Shown: positions 8,815 through 17,493 of the stretch, piece by piece
How positions within the stretch are numbered: the first letter of the stretch is position 1
How the letters are laid out: each line of letters begins with the position of its first letter
DNA from: Candidatus Heimdallarchaeota archaeon
Lineage (GTDB): Archaea; Asgardarchaeota; Heimdallarchaeia; Heimdallarchaeales; Heimdallarchaeaceae
DNA: 32,000 bases
Reading direction: 5' to 3'
NCBI GenBank assembly: GCA_030668875.1
Contig: DAOVER010000001.1
Span: forward strand, 1-32,000
Position numbers and translations under genes: made by a program
The notes under the pieces: generated by a model
Seen by the model: the letters and a program-made list of their open reading frames with translations, nothing else
Databases searched by the model: none
What the model was told of the DNA's origin: nothing

Positions 8815-9807
8815 TTATTTGCTTGATTTTTTATCCTTTTTTTCCTGTAATACATCATTAACTTCAGTAATTTTTTCTTGATTGCTTTTGTCTTCTATTT
8901 TCTCCGAGTCTTCTTCAAAATCTTCAGCAGAATATTCTGCATCTATCTCTTCAATTTCCTTTAATAGATCAACATTACAGATAGGACATTCGGAAAAATT
9001 ACTGGATATAATAGATCCGCAAGAAAAGCAAGTAATGGGAATATAATCATCGCTTTCCCAATTATAACTATAAGGTTTCTTCCCCCATGTTTTTGCCTTC
9101 CATTTCTCCATGTCTACTTCTCCATCTCCCTTTAGGAATTCGTTAATATCTGTTTCTGATGTTACTTTTATTCTTCTTTTTGACTGAAAGTTATACAAAA
9201 AAATTAGTAGAGGAAACACAAGGATATGAACAACTAAGAATATAAGATAAACCAAACCAAAAGATTGGGACGCGTAATTTGTAATAAGACTCGATATAAA
9301 GAAGGACATAATTATTGTCGTAATAGCCATTGTAATTAATTCAATTGTAATGAAAACAAGAATCGAAAAAAGAGCTATAATCCCTATATCTAAAGTAATA
9401 ATTTGAATTTTGTCTAGTTTTCCTAAACTTTTCATATCTGTCTTTAGATACTCATTGTAAACTCTTAATTTATTGAATCTAGTACGTGTTAAGAGGAATG
9501 TCAGTAGAATTGTAACACATAAAAACACAAAGAAAAGTACAAAGATTAACCACCATCTATTCGCAATGTAACCTAAAGTATTAACACCATTGCTGATTTT
9601 TTCCAAGAATTGGAGATCTGCAGATCTTAGAAAAGGATACATTCCGCCAGACATACCAAACATGTATAGAAGGTAATAAAAGAATACAAATAAAATTGAA
9701 ATGAAGTTCCCTAATTCATGGTTCTTTTTCTTGCTTATGGTACTGTCCTTATCCCATGGAAAAAGAATCTGTATAATTTCTGGCATCAACAAAACTCTAC
9801 TAATCAA
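8815..9807 (-). CDS. Multi-pass membrane protein with C-terminal zinc ribbon and acidic tail
   Basis: About four hydrophobic segments, then CFSC-x10-CPIC, then a Glu/Asp-rich end. An alternative ATG start lies at 9786. Confidence 0.7.
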   Translation of the reverse strand: MISRVLLMPEIIQILFPWDKDSTISKKKNHELGNFISILFVFFYYLLYMFGMSGGMYPFLRSADLQFLEKISNGVNTLGYIANRWWLIFVLFFVFLCVTILLTFLLTRTRFNKLRVYNEYLKTDMKSLGKLDKIQIITLDIGIIALFSILVFITIELITMAITTIIMSFFISSLITNYASQSFGLVYLIFLVVHILVFPLLIFLYNFQSKRRIKVTSETDINEFLKGDGEVDMEKWKAKTWGKKPYSYNWESDDYIPITCFSCGSIISSNFSECPICNVDLLKEIEEIDAEYSAEDFEEDSEKIEDKSNQEKITEVNDVLQEKKDKKSSK

Positions 9808-9877
9808 GAGTATTAAATGTATCTAAAAAGTTTTGAAAAATAGGTTTTTAAAAGATGGATGCTTGCGTTTTTCATAA

Positions 9878-10879
9878 ATGATCTCTATTGGCATTGAAAG
9901 CTCTGCAGATAAATTGGGAATAGGTATCATAACTGATACGGGTGATGTACTAGCTAATGTTAGAAGAACCTATAAACCACCACACGGTAGCGGAATCCAT
10001 CCAAGAGAAGCATCTGAATTCCATTCTTCTTATATTGCAGATGCAATAAAAGATGCATATATGGAAGCAAACCTTAAACCAAAAGATGTTGATTTGATTT
10101 CATTTACTAAAGGACCTGGTTTAGGACCCTGTTTAAGAGTAGGAGCTGTCGCTGCAAGAACACTTGCTTTGACTACAAGAAAGCCATTAATCGCTGTTAA
10201 TCATCCTATAGCTCATGTAGAAATAGGAAGATTGATTGGAGATTTGGATGACCCCGTTGTTCTCTATGTATCTGGGGGGAACACTCAAGTTATCGCTTAC
10301 TCCCATGGAAGATATCGCGTTTTTGGAGAGACTTTGGATATTCCAGTAGGTAATTGTTTAGACGTTTTCGGTAGAAATGCAGGTTTAAGTGATAAAAAGA
10401 TGCCAATGGGAAGAGCAATAGAATTAGAAGCAGAAAAAGGAACAGAGTACATACCTATTCCTTATGTAATCAAAGGTATGGATGTCTCATTCTCAGGAAT
10501 TCTAACTCATGTCACAAAACTTCTTCTGAGCAATAAGTACAAACTTACAGATTTATCCTATAGCTTGCAAGAGACAGTATTTGCGATGTTAGTTGAAGTA
10601 ACAGAAAGAGCCTTAGCTCACACTAAGAAATCTGAAGTTCTTGTTTGCGGTGGAGTAGCTTCAAACAAAAGATTGAAGGAAATGCTAAAGGATATGTCTT
10701 CTTCCCACGGGAATGGTGTAAAGTTCACGGGATTAGATGCAAATCTAGCAATAGATAATGGTGTTATGATAGCATGGTTAGGATTAATTATGTATAATTC
10801 TGGAAACAGAACAAAATTAAGCGATACACTTGTAGATCAACACTTCAGACCAGATGATGTAGTAGTTAATTGGAGATAG
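9878..10879 (+). CDS. kae1: tRNA N6-adenosine threonylcarbamoyltransferase Kae1 (KEOPS)
   Basis: IGIESSADK, GIHPREASEFH, GPGLGPCLRVG, VNHPIAHVEIG (HxxxH), YVSGGNTQV, GETLDI, FAMLVEVTERA, GGVASN, DNGVMIAW. Confidence 0.97.
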   Translation: MISIGIESSADKLGIGIITDTGDVLANVRRTYKPPHGSGIHPREASEFHSSYIADAIKDAYMEANLKPKDVDLISFTKGPGLGPCLRVGAVAARTLALTTRKPLIAVNHPIAHVEIGRLIGDLDDPVVLYVSGGNTQVIAYSHGRYRVFGETLDIPVGNCLDVFGRNAGLSDKKMPMGRAIELEAEKGTEYIPIPYVIKGMDVSFSGILTHVTKLLLSNKYKLTDLSYSLQETVFAMLVEVTERALAHTKKSEVLVCGGVASNKRLKEMLKDMSSSHGNGVKFTGLDANLAIDNGVMIAWLGLIMYNSGNRTKLSDTLVDQHFRPDDVVVNWR

Positions 10880-10881
10880 TT

Positions 10882-12198
10882 ATGTCCACTAATTCAGTTG
10901 CAATTGTGTTTGATATTCGCAAAAAGAACTTCTACAGTTTAACTTCTCTTATTGCGACTATTGATGGGGATACAAATTTAAAAGCCCTTGATCAAATAAT
11001 TACTGGAGACTTATCTAGTAATGATATTAAATCTCTCTTGAAGAAATATACTAAATTAATAATAGCTTACTCTTTTCGAACAAGTCAGTTAGAAGAAATC
11101 TATACAAAAATGAAAACATTCTATTCCTCACTTTCAACAGATGAAATACATAGGGTGACTTTCATCGCTGGAGGAAGTCATCCCACAGGTGACCCACTTA
11201 CAACATTGAAATTTGGCTTTGACTTCTCTTTTATAGGTGAAGCAGAATATTCCCTCCCCTTCTTCTTGAAAAGTTTTTTAGAGAAAGAGGACATTTATGA
11301 AACACCTGGTATCACTTTCTTGGAAAATGAAATTTCTTTATCTTCTACATCTAGACCGCTTCCTATAAATTTAGATGATTACCCCTTTCTATCAAAAAAG
11401 CGAAAACTATATCCCCCGCTCGAAATCACAAGAGGTTGTGGTTTTGCTTGCGCTTTTTGTCAAGTTCCAATGCTGTTCAAACATAGAATCCGTCATAGAT
11501 CTCCTGAGATAATTATAGAACTGGTAAAATGGATGGTAACAGAAAAATTGAATGACATTCGTTTTATCACACCAAATTCTTTTGGTTACATGTCAAAAAG
11601 TGCAAGATCAGTAAACCAAGAAGGTATAATGCATCTGTTAGAAGGTATACGGTCTATTAAGGGAATAAGAAACATTTTTTATGGAACATTTCCTGGAGAA
11701 GTAAGACCTGAAACTGTTTCTGAAGAGCTTTTAACAAAGATTAAACCTCTTATTACAAACAGACGAATTTCAATTGGTCTCCAATCAGGTAGTAATAAGG
11801 TATTAAGGGAAATTAGAAGAGGACACACGGTTGAAGAAGCTGTTTCTGCCATAGATATTTTACTTGCATCAGGATTTACACCAATAGTAGATATAATTGT
11901 AGGATTACCGGGGGCAACAGAAGATGATGAAGAACAAACAATTCAGGTCATTGAGGATTTAGTTCAAAAACAAGCAATAATTCGAGCTCATGTTTTCATG
12001 CCATTGCCTGGAACAGCGTTGGAAGATTCTATTTATCAACCGATTTTTCCAGAAATCAGAAAGAAACTAGGAAGACTAAGTACAATCGGTAAGATTGAAG
12101 GAAATTGGAATCAACAAGAATTATACGCAAAAAGAGCTTGGGAAATGATACAAGACATGCAATCAGTTTCTCCGTTGTCTAGAGAAGATAATCACTGA
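10882..12198 (+). CDS. B12-binding-domain radical SAM protein (MJ1487-like family)
   Basis: IAGGSHPTGDP...GFDFSFIGEAE (B12-binding-like), EITRGCGFACAFCQVP (CxxxCxxC), RHRS, DIRFITPN, GLQSGS...RGH. ATG at 10882 lies 2 nt after the kae1 stop. Confidence 0.88.
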   Translation: MSTNSVAIVFDIRKKNFYSLTSLIATIDGDTNLKALDQIITGDLSSNDIKSLLKKYTKLIIAYSFRTSQLEEIYTKMKTFYSSLSTDEIHRVTFIAGGSHPTGDPLTTLKFGFDFSFIGEAEYSLPFFLKSFLEKEDIYETPGITFLENEISLSSTSRPLPINLDDYPFLSKKRKLYPPLEITRGCGFACAFCQVPMLFKHRIRHRSPEIIIELVKWMVTEKLNDIRFITPNSFGYMSKSARSVNQEGIMHLLEGIRSIKGIRNIFYGTFPGEVRPETVSEELLTKIKPLITNRRISIGLQSGSNKVLREIRRGHTVEEAVSAIDILLASGFTPIVDIIVGLPGATEDDEEQTIQVIEDLVQKQAIIRAHVFMPLPGTALEDSIYQPIFPEIRKKLGRLSTIGKIEGNWNQQELYAKRAWEMIQDMQSVSPLSREDNH

Positions 12199-12868
12199 AA
12201 AGCTGTTCTTCATTTAGATGCCTACCTCTTGCTTCAACTTTTACAGCTCTTTTGAAAATGGTCTTGAAATTATTCACTGTCTCTTTGTATCCTTCTTGAA
12301 AAGCTAAGAAAAGCTCTCTACTATATTCGGTGTGAGTGCTTATGAAACACTTCTTAATTAGCAATATGTCTACTGCTTTATCTTCTATCGCGCTTGAAAA
12401 CTTACCAAGTCCGAAATCAATGAATACTAATTTAGTATCAAGTTCTAGAATGTTGCTAGTTGTTAAATCACCATGAATAATGTCATTATTATGCAATTTT
12501 CCTACTTGTTTACCTATTTCTTTTACAACATTCAGTTTTTTCTGTAATTCTACTTCGCTATCTAAAATATCTTTGACTAATATCCCATCAATATCCTCCA
12601 TAATTATGGTTGTGTTAACTATATCAATCTCAAATACATAAGGTGTAAGCACCCCACTTTTTTTTGCGGATATTAACAATTTTGATTCTGTTACAGTTCT
12701 ACTTTTTCTCAATTCTACATCGAGGGGAGCTATTCGATATTTCTTTGGAATTCTGACTTTTTTCATTGCTTTATAATCTAACCATTCACTTTTACTAAGA
12801 ATTGCCTCTGCTCCCCATTTATCTATGCTAAGATTATCTTTAGAACTATTCTCAGTATGTTCAGCCAT
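12179..12868 (-). CDS. bud32: KEOPS complex kinase/ATPase Bud32 (standalone, not fused to Kae1)
   Basis: GAEAIL, KVRIPKKYR..LD..LRKSRT..E, IIHGDLTTSNI, FIDFGLG, EDKAVD, VEARGR. Confidence 0.95.
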   Translation of the reverse strand: MAEHTENSSKDNLSIDKWGAEAILSKSEWLDYKAMKKVRIPKKYRIAPLDVELRKSRTVTESKLLISAKKSGVLTPYVFEIDIVNTTIIMEDIDGILVKDILDSEVELQKKLNVVKEIGKQVGKLHNNDIIHGDLTTSNILELDTKLVFIDFGLGKFSSAIEDKAVDILLIKKCFISTHTEYSRELFLAFQEGYKETVNNFKTIFKRAVKVEARGRHLNEEQLFSDYLL

Positions 12869-12869
12869 C

Positions 12870-13904
12870 TTATAATTTCTCCAATTCTTCTAAAGCTTTT
12901 AGGATATCGTCACCATCCGGTTTATCAAGGGTGGTTAGGTTATCGAGGATAACCTCACCCTTGCTTTTGATAACAGTTCCTATAATTTTACATGGGATAT
13001 TGTTCAAATTGCAATATTCAGCTATTTTTAGGGATTTTTCGTGATTGGTAGATAAGATTATTGCACCCGATGAAATTAACCGATATGGGTTGAACCTCAA
13101 TCTTTTTGCTATTTTTTTTGTAACACCTGATATTGGTGGGTCATCTTCTAATCTAATTCCAACATCTGTATATGCTACAATTTCTGATAGGGCCCCATAA
13201 ACTCCACCTTCAGTAGCATCATGTATTAAGGAAGGTTTGAATCTCTTGTTTAGATCTAGTGCCAATTCTGCAATATTGATATTGGAACCTATTCTTTTAC
13301 CCTCCTGGATTTCATCTTCATCCAGTATTCTGTTTATCTTTTTTCCTGCTTCTTTAATTATAATCCCAGTTCCCTCTGCACCTGAATATCCTATGATTAT
13401 AATCTTCTCATCTAGTGATAATTTATTTGGGATAAGATATGCTTTTGGAACAAATCCAAACATATGACCAGACAATATGATGGAGTTAACCGATGATGAA
13501 ATTTCTGTGTGTCCTCCTAGAATTGTGATCTCAAGCTTTTTGCATTGTTTGTGCATCTGTTGCTGGATTTCATAAATTTCCTCAAAGCTTATTGATTTTG
13601 GTGCTATTATTGTAGATAGAAACCCATAGGGTAATGCACCAGAACATACAACATCATTTGAGTTAACAATTACAACATGTTTTCCTGGTTCTGAAGTAGG
13701 AAAAGTTATTGGATCAGATTTTTCTATGAGGTAAACATCTGAGTTTTCATCATAGAATTCATTCGCTTCATCTTTAGCTAATTCAATATCGATTATAGCA
13801 ACATCAGATCCGATTTTTCCACCTAACACTACACCTTTTTTTTCACTTCCACTTAGTTTAATAAGTTCCTTTAAGAGTGGAAGCTTCAATTTTCCTTCAT
13901 ACAT
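12870..13904 (-). CDS. AIR synthase-related (PurM/HypE/ThiL/SelD superfamily) protein
   Basis: KSDPITF, VNSNDVVCSGALP, ILGGHTEIS, IHDATEGGVYGALSE, NPYRLISSG. Stop codon is 1 nt from the bud32 start. Confidence 0.85.
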   Translation of the reverse strand: MYEGKLKLPLLKELIKLSGSEKKGVVLGGKIGSDVAIIDIELAKDEANEFYDENSDVYLIEKSDPITFPTSEPGKHVVIVNSNDVVCSGALPYGFLSTIIAPKSISFEEIYEIQQQMHKQCKKLEITILGGHTEISSSVNSIILSGHMFGFVPKAYLIPNKLSLDEKIIIIGYSGAEGTGIIIKEAGKKINRILDEDEIQEGKRIGSNINIAELALDLNKRFKPSLIHDATEGGVYGALSEIVAYTDVGIRLEDDPPISGVTKKIAKRLRFNPYRLISSGAIILSTNHEKSLKIAEYCNLNNIPCKIIGTVIKSKGEVILDNLTTLDKPDGDDILKALEELEKL

Positions 13905-13979
13905 TAATTGTTAATTTTATCTGAATCTCTAAAACTTTTCTAATTTGGTATAAATATGAAAAAGTAAAGTGGAGGATAA

Positions 13980-14936
13980 TTAGAAACCCATGGTATCGAG
14001 AATGTGCTTGATAATCTTGAATTTATATGCAACATTCATTACATCATTCACATTTGTAGTCATACCTACTAAGATTTTACCTTCTGAACAACCTTCAACT
14101 ATGATTTGTACAACTCCTGCATTAAGGAATTTAATCTCTTCTTTTGACTGTATCATTTCATATATAACACTGGGATATTTGGTTAAAGTCTCTAGAACAT
14201 AGATGATTTTCTTTTCCTCAAGATTTCCTGCGTAAAGTTGCCCCATTGTTCCTTGCTCTTTTGGAAAAATATAAGCTGAAGCTGAAGGTGAATCACAGCT
14301 TCTTATGGAGGAAAATAACAGTGATGTAATTGCTCTTTTATTTGCTTCAGCTAAGATTTCTTGTGTCATTTCAGCTACAGGTATCATGGGGACAGTTTCA
14401 TATGGCTTTATTTTTTCAAATGTTTCAACTCTCGTTTCAGAAGCATTCGTAACAGGATATCTTACTTTTGGAACAAGTACAATTTTCGGTCTTTCAATTC
14501 CAAATCTATCAAAAATGCCTTCTATTTTATTACGTATAGAAGAGAAACCTTCTGCCATTATACTTTTACAAGTGAGTTCTAACAGATCTGTTGGGTCTTC
14601 TGCATTAAGAGAGTCAAGAAGAGTATTCCCTAGCACTTCAATATAATTTCCAATTAGAGGACGAAGTTCTATCGAAAAATTTTCTACACGAGAAACAAAT
14701 AAAATAGTTAAATCAATGAAAGTAACATACGTTGCTCTGAATCTTCCTCTAAAAATTGTAATTTCACTATATCTTCTAACCCACTGATAAAACTCTATTG
14801 GATGAATAAAGTATCTATTTACCTCAATTCTTTCTATTTCACTCTTTATTTTATCAATAGTGAAAATGTTAGCTCCTTTTGTATCATATATTATAATCGC
14901 TACCAAGGGGCTAATGTCAATCTCTGGAAATAGCAT
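13980..14936 (-). CDS. Hypothetical protein: N-terminal longin-like + C-terminal roadblock/LC7-like domain (paralog A)
   Basis: ATG at 14936 is preferred (ORF track extends to 15011). N-terminal VAIIIYDTKG..; C-terminal domain ...SASAYIF...LETLTKYPSVI...EIKFLNAGVVQIIVEG...ILVGMT aligns with the ORFs at 15078 and 16326. Confidence 0.65.
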   Translation of the reverse strand: MLFPEIDISPLVAIIIYDTKGANIFTIDKIKSEIERIEVNRYFIHPIEFYQWVRRYSEITIFRGRFRATYVTFIDLTILFVSRVENFSIELRPLIGNYIEVLGNTLLDSLNAEDPTDLLELTCKSIMAEGFSSIRNKIEGIFDRFGIERPKIVLVPKVRYPVTNASETRVETFEKIKPYETVPMIPVAEMTQEILAEANKRAITSLLFSSIRSCDSPSASAYIFPKEQGTMGQLYAGNLEEKKIIYVLETLTKYPSVIYEMIQSKEEIKFLNAGVVQIIVEGCSEGKILVGMTTNVNDVMNVAYKFKIIKHILDTMGF

Positions 14937-15077
14937 AAGACCTCTGTCTAAAATTATGCAATTCTTTGCTAATAAGCTTATTGGACAACTTTTGTATGTG
15001 AATAATTGCATAATTAGTCAACGGAACCAAAGAAATATTTTTAGATTTTAGTATTATAATGAATATGAGGTTATGTA

Positions 15078-15659
15078 ATGAGTAAGAATTCTAGTAATTC
15101 AAAACCACCATCAACAAAGATATCTTCCAGAAAGAGAAAAACTGTAAAGAAAGATATATTTGTAGAAATGGAAGAAATTGCTTACGAGGCTTTAAATATC
15201 TCAAAACGCAAACTAAAGAGTGGACAATATCTTAAAGATTTTCTAAATCAAACTTCATCAAAAGATTCTGTTCTCGAAGCAATTAAAGTTACTATCGATG
15301 CTCTATTAGATAGCATAGCTTCTGATTTGGACTCACTTTCAGCAGCGGCTTTAGTTCCACACCCTGAGAGTGAAGAACCAAAAGCAATTGTTAGAGGACC
15401 TTTAAATCGAGAGATTGTAAAACAAATTTTAACTATATTTAGAAAATACCCTCCTGTTATTAATGACCTTCTTGGGTCTGATGACGAATTAAAAGTTCTT
15501 GATACTGGAATTGGTTATGTAGTCTTAGAAAATTGTCAGAAGGATAATTATTTGGTTGGGATAGTTAAAAAACAAAAAGATGTTGATGAATTATCTAGAA
15601 AACTAAGACATGTACAGCAAGTAGTTGTTGACAATACTTTACTTCTTGATGGATTGTAG
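15078..15659 (+). CDS. Hypothetical protein: basic N-terminal extension + roadblock/LC7-like domain (paralog B)
   Basis: IDALLDSIASDLDSLSAAALV (roadblock-like helix1-strand1), ILTIFRKYPPVI, ELKVLDTGIGYVVLE, YLVGIVK, terminal helix. Confidence 0.7.
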   Translation: MSKNSSNSKPPSTKISSRKRKTVKKDIFVEMEEIAYEALNISKRKLKSGQYLKDFLNQTSSKDSVLEAIKVTIDALLDSIASDLDSLSAAALVPHPESEEPKAIVRGPLNREIVKQILTIFRKYPPVINDLLGSDDELKVLDTGIGYVVLENCQKDNYLVGIVKKQKDVDELSRKLRHVQQVVVDNTLLLDGL

Positions 15660-15664
15660 AATGT

Positions 15665-16318
15665 TTAACGTCTATCAGTCAAACTTTTATTGCAATTCTC
15701 ACAATAATCCTGTTCTAGATGTACTTCCTTGAAACAGTTCCAACATCTCTTTAAAGATGTTTCTTGTTTTGAATAATCATGAATTATCTTCTCAATTTCA
15801 TTAGCAATTTCAAGCATTGCTTTGTACCTATTAGACTTCGCATATGAGAATAATTTAGTTAATGGATTGTGAAATATCACAGCTAGAACAGCTAATACAA
15901 CAGAAGAAATTCCAACTAGTAGTAATGCTTGAGCATTTTGCCAATATACTGTGATTAAGACAATTAATACACTTAACAACGCAATTAAAATGGTTACCGA
16001 AGCCATTCTAACTCCAAACAGTCGCTTGTTTAATAATGAGTTGAAGAATTGTTTAACACTTGAATTTTTTGAAATAAAATCAAGTTTAAGGAAATTTCCT
16101 TCCACAGAATCTTGAATCCTTACTACAACTTTCTGTAGTTGTATTTTTGTAATGAATAATAGTGTCTTATTTTCTTGTAATCTAATATCTGGATATTTAT
16201 ATTTCAACTGTTTAATAATATGCATGAAAAGATTTGATGTATTCTTAATGTCTGTACTGATATCTTTTGAAAATGTTATGTGTTCGTGTTGTACTGCGAA
16301 AACGATTGTACTCACCAT
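15665..16318 (-). CDS. Two-TM membrane protein with C-terminal zinc ribbon
   Basis: TM pair VTILIALLSVLIVLITVYW and ALLLVGISSVVLAVLAVIF; C-terminal CWNC-x10-CENC. Starts 7 nt downstream of the 16326-17393 stop. Confidence 0.75.
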   Translation of the reverse strand: MVSTIVFAVQHEHITFSKDISTDIKNTSNLFMHIIKQLKYKYPDIRLQENKTLLFITKIQLQKVVVRIQDSVEGNFLKLDFISKNSSVKQFFNSLLNKRLFGVRMASVTILIALLSVLIVLITVYWQNAQALLLVGISSVVLAVLAVIFHNPLTKLFSYAKSNRYKAMLEIANEIEKIIHDYSKQETSLKRCWNCFKEVHLEQDYCENCNKSLTDRR

Positions 16319-16325
16319 CCGTTTT

Positions 16326-17393
16326 TCAGAATGTGGATATCAAAAACTCAGATATCATTACCTTAACAAGTTTCATTCTTTTAGCTATAATGGGTATTTC
16401 TTCCCTGTTTTTTGTAATACTTACAAGAATTCCATTACTAGATCCCTCTAAAATAACTACTCCATCTCCTGCATCTATAGTTTTTTCATCAGATTCTGTT
16501 TCCAAAGTTTGTTTCACAATTTCAGGATATTTTGAGAGGATTCCTAAAACAAACTCTCCATGCTTTTCGGACATACCGAATGTGATGGTTTCTAAATCTC
16601 CTTTTTCCCCTGTATAAACAAAACATACACCTGTTTTTGTTGATAATCCTTTAACGATAGAGGATAAAACCCTCTCAACTGATAGCCTCTTTGTTTCTTC
16701 CAATAGTTGTTGTGTTAGTTCTACTTTGTTTGAATCCTTAACTAATACTGTTTTCTTATCTGATTTTTGACCAATGAATTCAAGGAGACCTCCAACATCT
16801 GTAGATGCTGTTGAGTCTGCTGCTTGGGCAGAACTAGATGTTGCTGCAGACTGTGAATGATTTTGTTCCATTTCTACGTTTTTCTCTACTTTTGTTGAAA
16901 CTGGTTCCCCTGTACTAATTTGCTCAACCATCGATGTTTCAACTTGTTGAGGTTTTTTAGTTGGATAATAGTCGTATTTGACTTGACTTGATGCTCTTTC
17001 GGAGATTAGGCTACCTAATCGTTTAATCAAAGCTGTCTGTGATTTTGGTTCCATTTTATCGATAGCTCCATATTCACGCAACTGATCGACAAGTTTATTC
17101 TTTATAATTTCAATTATACTTTCTGCAATCTGATCTTCAATATCTGGTAGAAACATGCAGCTTAATATTATATTAAAAAAAAGATGATAATCGACTCTAA
17201 ATATCTCGTTTTTGAGTGTTATAGCTTGTGATTTTCTTAATTCTTCCCTTGTTTTTGCACTTGTATCAATTACTTGAAAAACTGTTGAAAATGCAGTTTT
17301 TTGGTTAATTACTTTATCGAAAATCATGTCCTCATCTAATGTAAAGAGGCTAAAACCTACAAACTTATTCCAAGGTAAATCGAACTCACTCAT
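16326..17393 (-). CDS. Hypothetical protein: N-terminal longin-like domain, Ser/Thr/Ala-rich linker, C-terminal roadblock/LC7-like domain (paralog C)
   Basis: Strong SD gtgaggt upstream. FVGFSLFT..; linker QSAATSSSAQAADSTAS; C-terminal VLGILSKYPEIV...EKTIDAGDGVVILEG...ILVSIT. Confidence 0.7.
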   Translation of the reverse strand: MSEFDLPWNKFVGFSLFTLDEDMIFDKVINQKTAFSTVFQVIDTSAKTREELRKSQAITLKNEIFRVDYHLFFNIILSCMFLPDIEDQIAESIIEIIKNKLVDQLREYGAIDKMEPKSQTALIKRLGSLISERASSQVKYDYYPTKKPQQVETSMVEQISTGEPVSTKVEKNVEMEQNHSQSAATSSSAQAADSTASTDVGGLLEFIGQKSDKKTVLVKDSNKVELTQQLLEETKRLSVERVLSSIVKGLSTKTGVCFVYTGEKGDLETITFGMSEKHGEFVLGILSKYPEIVKQTLETESDEKTIDAGDGVVILEGSSNGILVSITKNREEIPIIAKRMKLVKVMISEFLISTF

Positions 17394-17493
17394 GTTTCAT
17401 ACCTCACATGCTTATGTTAGTAGTTATCTTCTATTTCTCGAACCATATACAACAATCAATATTTCTCTTCTATTAAATAGCTTACGGCAATTA

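Noticed and set aside
14305-14646. 113-aa plus-strand ORF, and the similar short ORFs antisense to or overlapping long genes (e.g. 349-570, 3806-4051, 6461-6700, 16267-16617, 21920-22186, 29223-29519)
   Set aside because: They lie within well-supported genes on the opposite strand or in another frame, and have no recognisable motifs.
14937-15011. N-terminal extension of paralog A given by the ORF track
   Set aside because: It would leave only 66 bp for two divergent promoters, and the extension looks non-coding; ATG 14936 is preferred.
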